From contig NC_079171.1 of assembly GCF_947568905.1 (NCBI RefSeq), positions 71,362,001 through 71,426,000 on the forward strand: 64,000 nt of DNA. The letters are read 5' to 3'. Below the pieces are notes generated by a model. It saw nothing but the letters and a program-made list of their open reading frames with translations, was not told the DNA's origin and ran no database searches. This DNA is from Ostrea edulis (lineage: Eukaryota). Of the stretch, positions 38,925-51,500 are shown piece after piece (position 1 is the first letter of the stretch; each line of letters begins with the position of its first letter). The position numbers and the translations under genes were made by a program.

Positions 38925-39825
38925 CGTCACTGACGCGACGCGTCTGCTGAGTGAGTGCACAAAGTTACTGTACCAATGATTCAACCCACGAGGATGTTAA
39001 CATGTACTAGTTAACAAAACAAAACTCCAAGTCACTTACACTTAGTGCAAATCTCCAATGCACAAACTATAAAAGTGACTGGATTTCTCAAATTTCAACA
39101 CGCTTTCTACGAGTCCAAACAGTCAAAACTTTCTAACAGAAGTAGACACGTGATATATACAGAAGTTGTCATTGGTTCAGATACAAAGTGTGCTAATGTT
39201 GAATAGGGGTTCCCGACGGGGTTTATTGTTTAGAGGTACAATACGGGTTACCCGGTACTAACTAATATAAATAATATAAGGAAAAGGTTTCGCCATAAAT
39301 GTTAATATATACATAATAGATATTTTGCCTCATGATCTGGATAAAAATTCCATAGACTACTAAATTCATATTTATACACAAAGACCTAGTCAGTTAGATC
39401 TCAAAATGATGTAACATGTTTGTCATGTCAGAGAGTAAGACACGGAGAGACTTAAACATAACGTTGAAAGGCAATAATTATTTAATAAAAAAGGTGTGTG
39501 TTTTGGTCAGATTTCAAAGCAATCCGGTTTAAAGCTTGGTGATGTTTGTCCGTCCGTGAAAAACATTAGTTTAATTTTTCTGCAATGTTAAGGGACATTT
39601 ACGACATATTTTGCCTGTACTTCATCAGTTAGCAGTTTTAGTTTCCATAAATACCGGGTTTATCTGATTTAGTTCACACTTGAATGATTTCGGTCAGAAA
39701 TTGATTGTCTGATTTATAAGCAGGCCGTGCCGATTTTTGGCGGTTTCTGGTAATTTCCATAAAATAATGCCTGAAATGAATAATTTTTATCTCTATTAAT
39801 TACAATTGTCGATGATGGTCAACAT

Positions 39826-39897
39826 GTCGGACTATCGGTCCGTCGGATTACCGGCCCGTCGGACTACCGGGCCGTCGGACTATCGGACCGTCGGAAC
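39826..39897. repeat. CpG-rich 16-bp mini-repeat (gtcggactatcggacc, 4.5 units); paralog at 58349-58420, shorter inverted relatives at about 34915 and 53220
   Basis: Read directly. Confidence 0.85.
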
Positions 39898-41329
39898 AAA
39901 TAGGTGTGTCGTATAGTCATCCATGTTTAATAAAGCAGACGTAATTTGGTAACCACACAGGTTACTTGAAAATACTTTGATAGCAGCGCCCATGTGTGAC
40001 ATTTTGTTTGGTGTAAGGTTAATTATTGCTGTAATATTTTATATAACTTTCCTTAAAATTCAACATTTGTTAATCCGAATCACATTCTAAGTGCCCAATT
40101 ACAATTGAAATTCTTCAAAATCACGTATTGATTCTAAACAGATCTAATATGCGAAATAGAGGGGTAAAATAAATTTGAGTTACAGTACCTATACTAGATT
40201 CTAAAACTTCACAAAACGTTCCAGGGATGTAGTGCAGGATCCATAATATTGTATACTAAGCCCCAAATATGTCCTTCCCACGAAAACAGCAACTGTTGTG
40301 ACGGCATAACTTTAAACGGGGTATCCCATAACATCAGATAGACGTGCCGTAAATCTAATTGTAAGTTAAAAAAAGTTTAATAAATCTGAAATTATATTTT
40401 ATTCAAATCAACATATTTTGTGATATATTGTGTACCCAATTACAAGTGAATCTCGATCGCTCGAACGTCAATCTTTCGAGGTTCACGATATTACTCCCCC
40501 CGAGTTTTTCTCTGTACTAAGGACATGTACTATTTGTGTTCGATATTTTGATTTCTTAAAGTACTTGGTATCTAAAAGTAAAGTTTGGGTAGCGTAGAAA
40601 ATGATTTTATTGTTTTCACTCGAGAATTTTCGAACTTTTGGTAGCGCATATGCACCGTCACTCCATATGTAATTAACAGTTAATGTCTAGCGCTAGTCTG
40701 TCCGTGGTAATCAGGTGTTCGCATAGGTAACGCATCCCTGCTTTTCCATGTGGGGTGAATAATTAATTGCTTAACTGGTTTCAACCCTTCAAGTGCAATC
40801 CGTGTGCTAAAATAATTCGAATATACATACCTTTTACCAGTTGTTTGAACTTAATAATATAGTAATCTTGGAATTATAATTTGAAGACAGGCCAAAGAAA
40901 CGTCATTAATTATTAGAATGTGTGTTTTGTAAAAAAGTCACCATGATCTGTGACGATTATGCTTGGTGTACTTAGTTATTACAGAATTACGTAATGTATG
41001 AAGCATTGTAGATATGTACATGTGTCGGTACATTTACATGTACTGGTCGATAGGGAGTGTTCACTCCTCTTACACCTGATCCAACGCTCCGTGTGCCCAG
41101 GGTTTCGTATTTGCTCAACTTCCTATTTTATATTGAAACGCACATTGATGCAGTTTTCCGTCCATTCTTTTTTCAATTAATATATGCATCAAAAATAATT
41201 ATAAGTTTAATTTCTTAAAATAATAATCGAAACAGTTTCTTAAAGGAACATGATAATATTTAATATGGCAATATGAATATTGATTTATCTACTAAAGCTG
41301 ATTATTATTTGACTGTACATATATATTGT

Positions 41330-41429
41330 TATTTCGGAATTAAAACATTTCGGTTGAGCATCACAGAAGATACATTATTTGTCGAAATGCGCAACTGGTG
41401 CATCACAATTAGTATCGTATAAGTTTTAC
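41330..41429 (+). repeat. Retrozyme-family fragment with a decayed hammerhead (core CAGAAGA)
   Basis: gcatca-cagaaga-tacattatttgtc-gaaatgcgcaac-tggtgc at 41358-41401. Confidence 0.75.
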
Positions 41430-44400
41430 AATATGACAAATCGTTGATATCTCGAAGAATAATATGTGGTACACCAATCAATGAAAGGTGAAGATAAGGA
41501 ACAGTGATCAAACTTAAAACTCATATAAACAATACAACATTTAGAGTTGGGTAAACACGGACCACTGCATATACCAGAGTGGGATCAGGTTCCTAGGAAG
41601 AGTAAACATCCAATACCTGTCAACCGGTTACAACTGTCTTGATCACTACACCGCCCTGTCAGAGCTTGTATCCTCTATAGACTCCACAATGTGGCAACTT
41701 TTTATATTGCACAACGGTTCAACAAATAGTTGTAGCAGTATTGCTTATATTCAAGAAAGGACAAATATAAACGGGCAGCAGAGCTACATACTAGAAGGGT
41801 AAATGAAATGTGAACATAACGAATGGGAAAGGGGAGGGGTCAGACCAATTCATATTTCTACCAGTAACATAGTATTAGCTAATTATGTTTCATTTTGTTA
41901 TGATGATACGGTGTGAATGATATTTTCTTTTAATTCCATGTGTTCATTTACATTGCTTGAATGTATGGTAAAACCTGATGCAACTTACTAAGGTTACTCA
42001 AGAGAGAGAAAAAAAGCAGCGCTGATATAAATGTGACTCTGTGCATTTTGCACCATTTGACGTCACAATGGAAAAGTATCTCAGAACGTACTACGTTACA
42101 TGTGTTCATACTTTCATCGCGGAGAAGGTGTCAAAATACGTTGTCGTTATTTACGGCCTTTGTCAAGTGACACATGGAACATGTTCTTGTCATATGTTTG
42201 CCAAATAATTATATATCATTCCTTTATGATAAAAGACCACTCTTCATTTTTAAATATATAATATGCAGGAAGGTCATATCCGTATTATATTGTAACGTTG
42301 AAACCGCCCCTAATTTTAAAGACTAAGGTTTTCAAAAAATCACGTATGTGCATAAAGAATATCTTTTTGCACACACATTGGCAAAGTCTCGGTGCATATC
42401 TATAACCCACAACATGAGGTTTTTTTCTGAGACATATTCAATATATCTTTATGCGTCTGAAAGGTGTAGGAAACAACGTCTGTCTTGTATGTTAGAGGTA
42501 TGGTGCCTATAGGAATGTGAATAATCCCGGCAATTCGTAATGAATGTGGATGTTTTTAAGGTATATGCTGGGCAGCATCCCTAATCATAGGGTTCAGTTT
42601 AAATCCTGGTGTTGAAAAATCCAAGTATAGACTACCTTTTGCCTCTTTATCCAACATATTCAAAACTCCCCATTGAATAGAACAAAGTTATGTGCAAATA
42701 CCATGTGGACCTAATTGTCTGTTGACGTAAGGTAAAAGTGAATCAACTGTGACATCGTACATACTTGTTCTTTTATATGAACGGTGCTAAAGACTGCGTT
42801 TATATCTCTGGGCTTTTGGGAAGAGTCCCATCAAATAAACGTTATTTCTGTGTGGACTAGTCACATTCCCTACATTCTCGTTATCAGTATTATATTGCAT
42901 CCGTAAGAAAATACAGTGTTTGAATTTCTGATCCAGTGATTTTCTATGAAAAGGACTGTTTAATGTTGTATTGTTTGTATGACAGTATTTGTTTTCTAGA
43001 ATATCAACAATATCAATATCAAAAGAGGGTTAATAGAAATAGCATATCATGCATATGTTCTCGTATCGCCAAAAACCTTAGTCACTATATATTTTTTTTT
43101 CATTTGGTGGACATGTAGTCACTTTGTTTAAAATGTTAGAAATTCAGAGCCCCTCCCCCCTCCATGTTTTAACTCGTAGAAAAACGGGATGAGTGCAGCT
43201 TCTCCATGGTCAACTTCCCAGATTTATGTAGCAATATTCCATTCTCATCTGCATATGGTGTTAATATCACTCAAGCAATTCGATACCCAATTGCTTGCTC
43301 TGCACTTGTTCAGTTTATAAATCAAGGAGAGCTACTGGCAAACAAGTTGATGGTACATGTGTTTCAACAGTATCCTTTAAAGTCACCATTTCAAAAGCTC
43401 TATGGTCGTTATGATGATTTAGTTTGCATATACAACCAAGCATTGTATCGAATGCTGTCTGACGTGTTTCATAACGATTGTTAGACCGTTCTTGACACAC
43501 TGATTTTGACTAAGGACAATTCCGATTACCTGATCAAGATAGACGTTTCATGGCGGGTGTGACCGGTCGACATGGAATGCAACTTTCTCCTAAGCACCTT
43601 GTCCAAGTTTGGTGTATCCAGGGGTCCGTGTTTGCCCAATTATCTATTTAGTAGTCCTTATAGGGCTTATACAATTGATCAATATTCGTTAGCATCACCT
43701 TTCACAGAACTCTATATGGCTAAAGCCAGTACTCACTTATACCAGACACAGGTTAAGGGGTACCATACGGGGTAAATATATCAACCGATAGAAGAGGCCC
43801 TGTAATGGATAACTATACATAAAAATTAGATAAGTACATAAGTAAATATGACAAGTTATAATTCACTTGCAACTGCTAGTAGTTATTTTGTGTCACTTCA
43901 GTATATTGTGATTTAAGATTGCACAGCATGCACGAATATAACGGTAAATCACATATATTGTATTCCAATATGAGAGTGAATCTTTGAAAACAAAAGTGAA
44001 ATACGTTAAAAATAAAGATAACATGTCAGAAGTATCTAATGTGAATTTTTCTTTGGGGTCCAAATTCCCATTGAATAAATCTAGCTATGGTTCAATTGTA
44101 TACACGGCAGTGTTTCCAATATGATGCTCAAACAGACAAACTTAATTTCATAAATTAATTGTAATATGCACCAAAGAACCTATATTTGTATTAGGTAATT
44201 ATAGGAGAAATATTCCTCAGGAATGGTCTAATACATAAATATGCCCTTAACATGGCGTGCTACCCAAAAGGATGGTTATTTTGCGATTGATTGTGTAAGC
44301 TTTATCAGTAGTAGCTATGTCCATATATGTAATCTTGTTCAGATGATATTTCGATAACGGCATTACTGACAGAATGATAACACTAGGCCAATTGCAATAC

Positions 44401-45328
44401 AGTAGCTTTCTCAAAGTTTGCGAAGAAAGTGTAAAGCTGCATTCAAAACAAGAAAAGGGCAGCTGCTACTGCAATACGTTTAAGTTTGAGTCTGGTGATA
44501 TTACTCTCATTGCAATATATCTTTAAAATCAAACAACAGTTCGATAATCAAGCGCTAGCTTACTACAAAGATATTCATATAACCTTTTTAGTAAATGAAA
44601 ATTGCCCCGCAAATACGTCCTGGCTACATGGCTTTGACATACAAAGAACGTACCGGAAAATTCCAAAATCACACAGTGATCTTACTTTAAAGAATATAGG
44701 AGGATGCATATCCCACTAAGCACTTTGATCATCTCTGGTATATCCAGGGATCCATTTTACCTAACTCTCTATTTTGCATTGCTTATACGAGTTACGAGAT
44801 TAATCACTGTTCGTTATCTTCGCCTTTCATAAGGTGGATGTGTTTGTCGCCTTTGCTAGCAGTCACAATGAAACAATCGTGAATACGTATTGATATCATG
44901 CCAGTAAAGACAGACAAGGAAATAACTCTAAAAAACAAAGTTTAATCACACCGCAGTTTTTTTTACGTTTGTCTAGACCCAATATGATATTGTGTTAGTG
45001 TTTTTATGTAAATGTAATGAAATAAAACAAGTATGAAGTAGAACAGGTATGTGTATCGTATGATATTGTTTGAAATGGTGAGATCTTACGTATACATAAA
45101 CAGATAAACACTCATTCTTATGAACACATGCGATGGTGCTCATTTCAATTTCATTCTGATGTTTATCATTAAAGTATCTAGCTATGTAATCATGCTTTAA
45201 CCTCATTTTAGGGAGAACAAAGCTTTATGAATCAATTTCGAAACTATTTTTACAAGTATTGAACGCATTAATTCAGTTACATCAGAGGCAGTACTGGTAG
45301 TAGTTACGTACATGTGTTTCTCTTTCAG

Positions 45329-45400
45329 GTATCTATATAACAATCAAATAAAAGAAATACCACAGACAGCATTCTCCAACCTCCTGAATTTGCAAAACCT
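45329..45400 (+). CDS. 72-nt single-LRR exon (copy 2); encodes YLYNNQIKEIPQTAFSNLLNLQN(L)
   Basis: Acceptor tgtgtttctctttcag|g and donor ct|gtaagt, 72 nt, phase 2-2. It differs from copy 1 by 4 substitutions. CT from exon 1 plus G gives CTG (Leu), joining in frame. Confidence 0.93.
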
Positions 45401-45821
45401 GTAAGTATACTTTATTTGAAATTTTGAAAAGAAACGGAAATGAAAATACTATATCCCTTTACAAAATTAACCGCTTTATGAAATGCAACCATTTATATTT
45501 TGATTTACTAAAACATAATAAATTATCTTTTATAACATATGCACATGTATTAACAATCAAGTTTCTATATTTAATGCAGTATCTTTATTCTGATAACGAT
45601 AATCACCACATTGACATTGACAATCTTAAAGAATGTTATTATCTATAGCATCATCACATTAAAGGATATATCTTGTGTGTTCAAAGTATACAGAATTGTA
45701 TGCATTTTGTCTTCCTTATGCTTATAGAAATTAATTGTAATAATTCATTAGTAACCCTAACCCTGAAGTATTGCTATAATTAGCAACAATATGGACTTAA
45801 ATCTAAGCCCCGATTAAAAAA

Positions 45822-46309
45822 GTTATCTAGATAGGTAGTGAGGTGGTACAGTTATCTAGATAGGTAGTGAGGTGGTACAGTTATCTAGATAGGTAGTGAG
45901 GTGGTACAGTTATCTAGACAGGTAGTGAGGTGGTACAGTTATCTAGATAGGTAGTGAGGTGGTACAGTTATCTAGATAGGTAGTGAGGTGGTACAGTTAT
46001 CTAGATAGGCAGTGAGGTGGTACAGTTATCTAGATAGGTAGTGAGGTGGTACAGTTATCTAGATAGGTAGTGAGGTGGTACAGTTATCTAGATAGGTAGT
46101 GAGGTGGTAGAAATAGTTATCTAGATAGGTAGTGAGGTGGTAGAACTAGTTATCTAGATAGGTAGTGAGGTGGTAGAACTAGTTATCTAGATAGGTAGTG
46201 AGGTGGTAGAACTAGTTATCTAGATAGGTAGTGAGGTGGTAGAACTAGTTATCTAGATATGTAGTAAGGTGGTAGAACTAGTTATCTAGATAGGTAGTGA
46301 GGTGGTACA
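45822..46309. repeat. Same minisatellite, 16 units
   Basis: Counted order: 9x29, 6x33, 1x29. Confidence 0.97.
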
Positions 46310-48500
46310 GTGTCATCATATTCGACCTTCGTCTATCAACTTTTTGTAAAAGTAGTGTTAGATATTTTCAAAAACTCGGGTTTTAGGGGACTAATTTATT
46401 TACCATGGGTAACATTTATTTCCATGTTGACAACTTTCCCGAGTATTATATCATTTAGCCACCAGTGCATACAAATAGCGATCCGGATGTAGCGAGGAAA
46501 GCGAGTATGAAATCTGCATTTGCGACTAAATAATGTTTACATGGAATCGTTGTCTAAACATTATTTGACAATGTCATTTCTTTAAACAACTGTAATTAGC
46601 GTTGCTGCTTTTCTAAAATAAAAAGTGCAATTATTATCAATTTTATTTTGGATAACTTAGATAGGCCTACATTACGATACGATTACTTATCATTAACAGC
46701 TAGGCCTATTGTCACAGGTGCATTTCGAAAAAAAAATAAACAAATACATAAGAATGATCAAATTTATAGTGAAAATCACATTACTTTTAAATCATTCCAT
46801 TTTATTAGTTTTTTTTTTTTAAATCTACACATTGTTACTTAAGAAGTGGGAGCGCGGCGTGCTGTTGTTCTTACGTACGCGTTCCTTAAAAAAATGAAAG
46901 CATTATAATTCAATTCAAATTTGGAAAATATCATATTTTATGATTTATAATTGAAAGTTCAATTGTCTTTTATCTTTAAATTTCTTTTTTTTAAACTACC
47001 AGTTGCTAGAAACTGCGATCACAAGTTCTACTTATATGTTGTTACAAGGTGAAAGTCAATTGGTGCGAGTGTGTATTGAATTTGAGAGAAGAATGGAAAG
47101 CATATACAGTAGCCCTATATGTAACAGTGCGTAGCTTCGATATAACAATTTACTCGCAGTTTATCTGCGTCTTTGTCCAAGTGCTTGTTTGAAAAAGTGC
47201 AGGGACAATTTATACTGGGTTTCTAAGGCAAGGTCGCTGTGCCGACAAAACATATTCACGTCTTGTCCCTCATACCTCCCTTCGAAAATTGAAAAAAAAA
47301 ACAGTCCAAATACTCTGTACTGACAACAATTACACCCTTAAACGGCACAAAACACCCTAATAGAGTGTTAATTACTAGCCGTTAATGTGATAATTGATTT
47401 TTTTGTCAACTCAATCTAATCTGAATATATATGTCATGATGTATGTGAATCTAGGCGGACAGAACCAATGCTAAATAACTCCGGTGCGAGCTGGATAGAA
47501 GGCCGTCGAGGACAAAAAATAAGAATATTGCTATTTCAAAGTTCTCCAAGAATTTATAACCGCACGAATTAGAGAGTCCAAAGACAATGGAGGGGTAATT
47601 TCGTGCAATGACGGAATTTCTTCAGAACAAAGTAAATGCTGATTTATTTGTACTAAACGACAGCATCATTGTTTAGGTTGACAAATCGCACAATGAGTAC
47701 TGTACCCATGATGCAGGGATATGAGTATTTACTTTACAGTGTTGGAAAATTTAAAGATTTCCGTCTAAATTTACAAATTGATGACACACGAATGACGGTT
47801 GTGCAACATCTGAGGCAACTGTCATTTAACGTTTGCAAAAAAAAAAATCCATAGAAAGGTGATTGAAATGAAAATAGACATTATAAAGAAAGTCAACATA
47901 TCATCAGCATGATTTTCATCTCGTCGTACCGAAGAAAAAACACAGATATCTGAATCTGTGTTGATATGTGCCCTAGGAATACAATTGTAAGGTTTTTAGG
48001 TTATATTAGTTTTATTCCTGACTTATACCTCCCATACTCTGAATTATTGTTTAGGGTTAGGATTATGGTTAATATCACAAATAGCCAAGCACGTACAATC
48101 ACAACAGATATTCATCCCCTTTCATAATGACAATACGTTGAGGTTTGTAATGCAATCAGATATATATTGGGAAGTGCCCCCCTCCCTTATTTTTCACAGT
48201 ATTAATGCATTAAGATAATTTAATCAAGCTCTCGAGTCCTCAAATAGTAACACAATCATACGCCCAACCCTATACCCACGGAGTAAGTAAAATGGGGAAT
48301 TTCTTTTTATTTGAGGCATTATAAGACACCCTTACGAATTTTGTTGTTTTCATTCGTTTGTTCTTTTTCTTGTTGTCTGTGCTTGTTAAATTTAAAAAAA
48401 AAACATGTATGCAGTAATACTCTGTAGTAATAATACATGTTGTTAAGCTTCCTGAAAATTAACAAATGTAGAACGAAACACCATATATATATATGCAAGG

Positions 48501-48503
<3 letters not shown>

Positions 48504-48567
<64 letters not shown>
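48504..48567. repeat. (TA)n microsatellite, about 32 units
   Basis: Read directly. Confidence 0.98.
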
Positions 48568-48570
<3 letters not shown>

Positions 48571-51500
48571 AAACATGTATTCGTAGTCCAAATTTCCTCC
48601 CTTGTTTACATGTAGGCTATAGTGTTTGTATATTGCTTAATATAAGTATATACACCTAACGGTGTGATGTGTGAATCTGGCATATAATGGTTAGGAAAAT
48701 AAACAGTAGTTGTTGGAGGTGCCCTATCTGTAGGAGAATAATGAGAAGTGTCTGTAAAAGACATGGTTTTCAGAAAGCAATACTCTTAAAAAATGTGTTG
48801 GTGAAAGTACTCTATAAAACTTCTCCATCGTCAACTTCCCATATTTAGGTAGCAATGTCCCAGTATCAACTGCCTATGTTGTTTGCATCTCTCTGATTCG
48901 ATTCGTGAGAGCGTGTTCTCCATGTGGTCAGTTTTTAAATTGAGGCAAGCTACTGACAAACAAGGTTTTTTTTTTTTACTGACAAACAAGTTGATGGTGC
49001 AGTGGCTTCAATTGCCTCGTCAGCATTATATGGTGGTTATAACGATTGTCACGTTTTGTTGTCAGGGAATATAGCAGATAGTGTTATATTTTGCATATTT
49101 ATTATTTTATTATTTTTACATACTTTCGTTTCTAATCATTACAAGAATACAATGGAATATAATTCAAACTCAGTTTTATAATTGTTATTTTAATGACACT
49201 GCAGTTGTTTCAATCACTTATGGATCACGTGGATGGTAGCCGTACACACTGGTTCCAGTTGGAATGGTGGCTCCGTTTGGAATACTAATCCGTTCCCACT
49301 GGCGACCACTCTACTCCCTACTTCTCTTTGATTTATTTTTCAACTAATTTAAAGGTTCTATAAAATCAAGTTGCACATTTTCAAATATACATATTGTTTT
49401 ATCATACTTTCATGTAAAATACTCGAACTTGATTGGTCGAGAAGCATTGGAAAAAACATAGTGTTACCCTCTGAGAAAAAAAAAACCACGCCTCCCAGGG
49501 TGATAGTATCTAGCAACGAGTAACAGTACTTGACAACGGGTGATATTATAAAAAAAATATCACATGCGTCAAATTTATGCTCGTACGGTTCGCCGTAGAT
49601 TGCTAGACGACGTCGTTTGAGCGTTTGTAATAAACGCGAGTACCCGTATCGAAATACGAAATATCACATGACAGTGATTGATGAAATGTCAACAGACGTA
49701 AGTTTTTCTGCTTTCCAGTTTGCATAGCATTCAGTATAATAAAACAAATATTGCATGTAGTTGAGGGTAACGTTGAAATTTTCACCCCTCGAGAAACCAT
49801 TGGCTACGCCTCGGTTGACAATGGTTTTTTTGGGGTCAAAATTTTCAATGTTACCCTCAACTACATGCAATATTTATATAATCTTACATTATACATGTAC
49901 CTCAACCTAGTGCGCATATGTACGCATCCCTACTACACTATACATTTTTGTAGTACAACCACGGTGCACTGTATATACTCATATATGTACTTTTACTATA
50001 CTAATTACTTCATATACTCAATCCTCAGTATATACATATACCTGTACATGTACTTTACTTACTACACAATACAGATACTGGTGTATGATAATTGACAACG
50101 TTTTACATTGTAACTAATTCTCTTCACGTGTATTCGGATGAGAGTGTTGCACATACTCTATACTTAAAATATATACACACTACTGTCAAAATTAACACAG
50201 TACTTGTAAAATTAACAATATTCAAACTTTAACTAATTGTACACAACAAAATCAACAATAAACTGCAAGTGAAGAAATTTGAAAGTTTTATAAATAATCT
50301 AATTTAGTCGGTAATTTCAAACCCGACTTAAACATATGGGTGAAAGTTTGGGATAAAATGTATTTGTTTACCTGGACACAGATTTGGTTATGAATGAACG
50401 GGGAACATTTTTTTTATTTTAAATTTTAAATGTGACAACGATCTTGTTTGTCAATACAACCTACCTAGGGTAAAATACTGGCTGGCTTATTCCCTACTTA
50501 TTCTTAGGCGATTTTGACTAATGACATCGCGACTGATTCAAGCATTATTTATGGATCACGACATGGGCACTTTAGCTCCATTTGGAATATTACTTCTTGC
50601 TTCCACCGGTAACTATTCCGTTTCTTCTTGATTTCTTTATAAATGATTCTGTGATCTACAAAATCAAGTGGTACCAGTTGAAATATGCATATTGTTAACT
50701 TGCATTGTACCTGAACTTAGTGCGAATATTAATGTACCACCATTACACTGTACATTTGTGTATTACAAACATGATTCACTATACATACGCACTGGTCATT
50801 ATATTCACCTCTCACAAGTACGTCTTACTTTATATGTCCATATTCTCAGAACACTCAGTGTATACATATACTTGTACATCTATATTTCTTACTACACAAC
50901 ACGCATGTTGATGTATGACAATTGACACGGTTTCCTTTGATATTGTTACTAATATTCGTCGTTTTATTTGTATACTCATTAGAGTTTCATACATGGCCTG
51001 CACTTAAATATATACATAATGCATTCAACAAAGCGAACACAAACTGTAAGTGAAGACGTTTGGGGATTTTATGGGGGAAAATGAAATTAATTTCAGTAAT
51101 GAAGTAGATCATACCTCAGAAGTGTGAAAGTAGAATACGTCTGAAGCAATATGACAAACGCGATAGCATACGCAGTTGTGTTAAGTGGGGCCATATAAAT
51201 ATATCAGGAAAAAAGCGTCAATAAACAGATCAATTTGTGACAAATTCTGTAAACACAACCCTTTTATACAAAAACAATATGTATATATCATTAAGTGCAT
51301 ATTGACCTCTTAAACATTTTTCACCAGACCGACAGTCTCAACATCAACTCTCTATCACGTGATCAAATATCAAGATAAAAACGTATCGTGTATGTATAAA
51401 TCGTAGAATTGGCACGATATCCAGATATCAATGCAAGTTGAAGTTAATATAACTTCAAAGCATATTAATTTCTTAATTTGAACAGTGCTGAGAGCAAGTT

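Larger units (their letters stand above)
36233..39327 (-). mobile_element. 3.1-kb element with an SGNH hydrolase ORF, a two-monomer minisatellite and a short basic gag-like ORF start; no RT or recombinase
   Basis: The whole block is absent from copy 2, where ccaaaatataattta joins directly to cctcatgatc (about 54360-54385). The boundaries are uncertain by about 15 bp. Confidence 0.7.
24508..41822. repeat. Tandem segmental duplication, copy 1 (17,315 bp)
   Basis: Colinear similarity with 41823-60347 throughout: same LRR exon, same minisatellite, same repeat remnants. It starts atgggaaaggggaggggtcagacc and ends gaacataacga. Confidence 0.92.
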
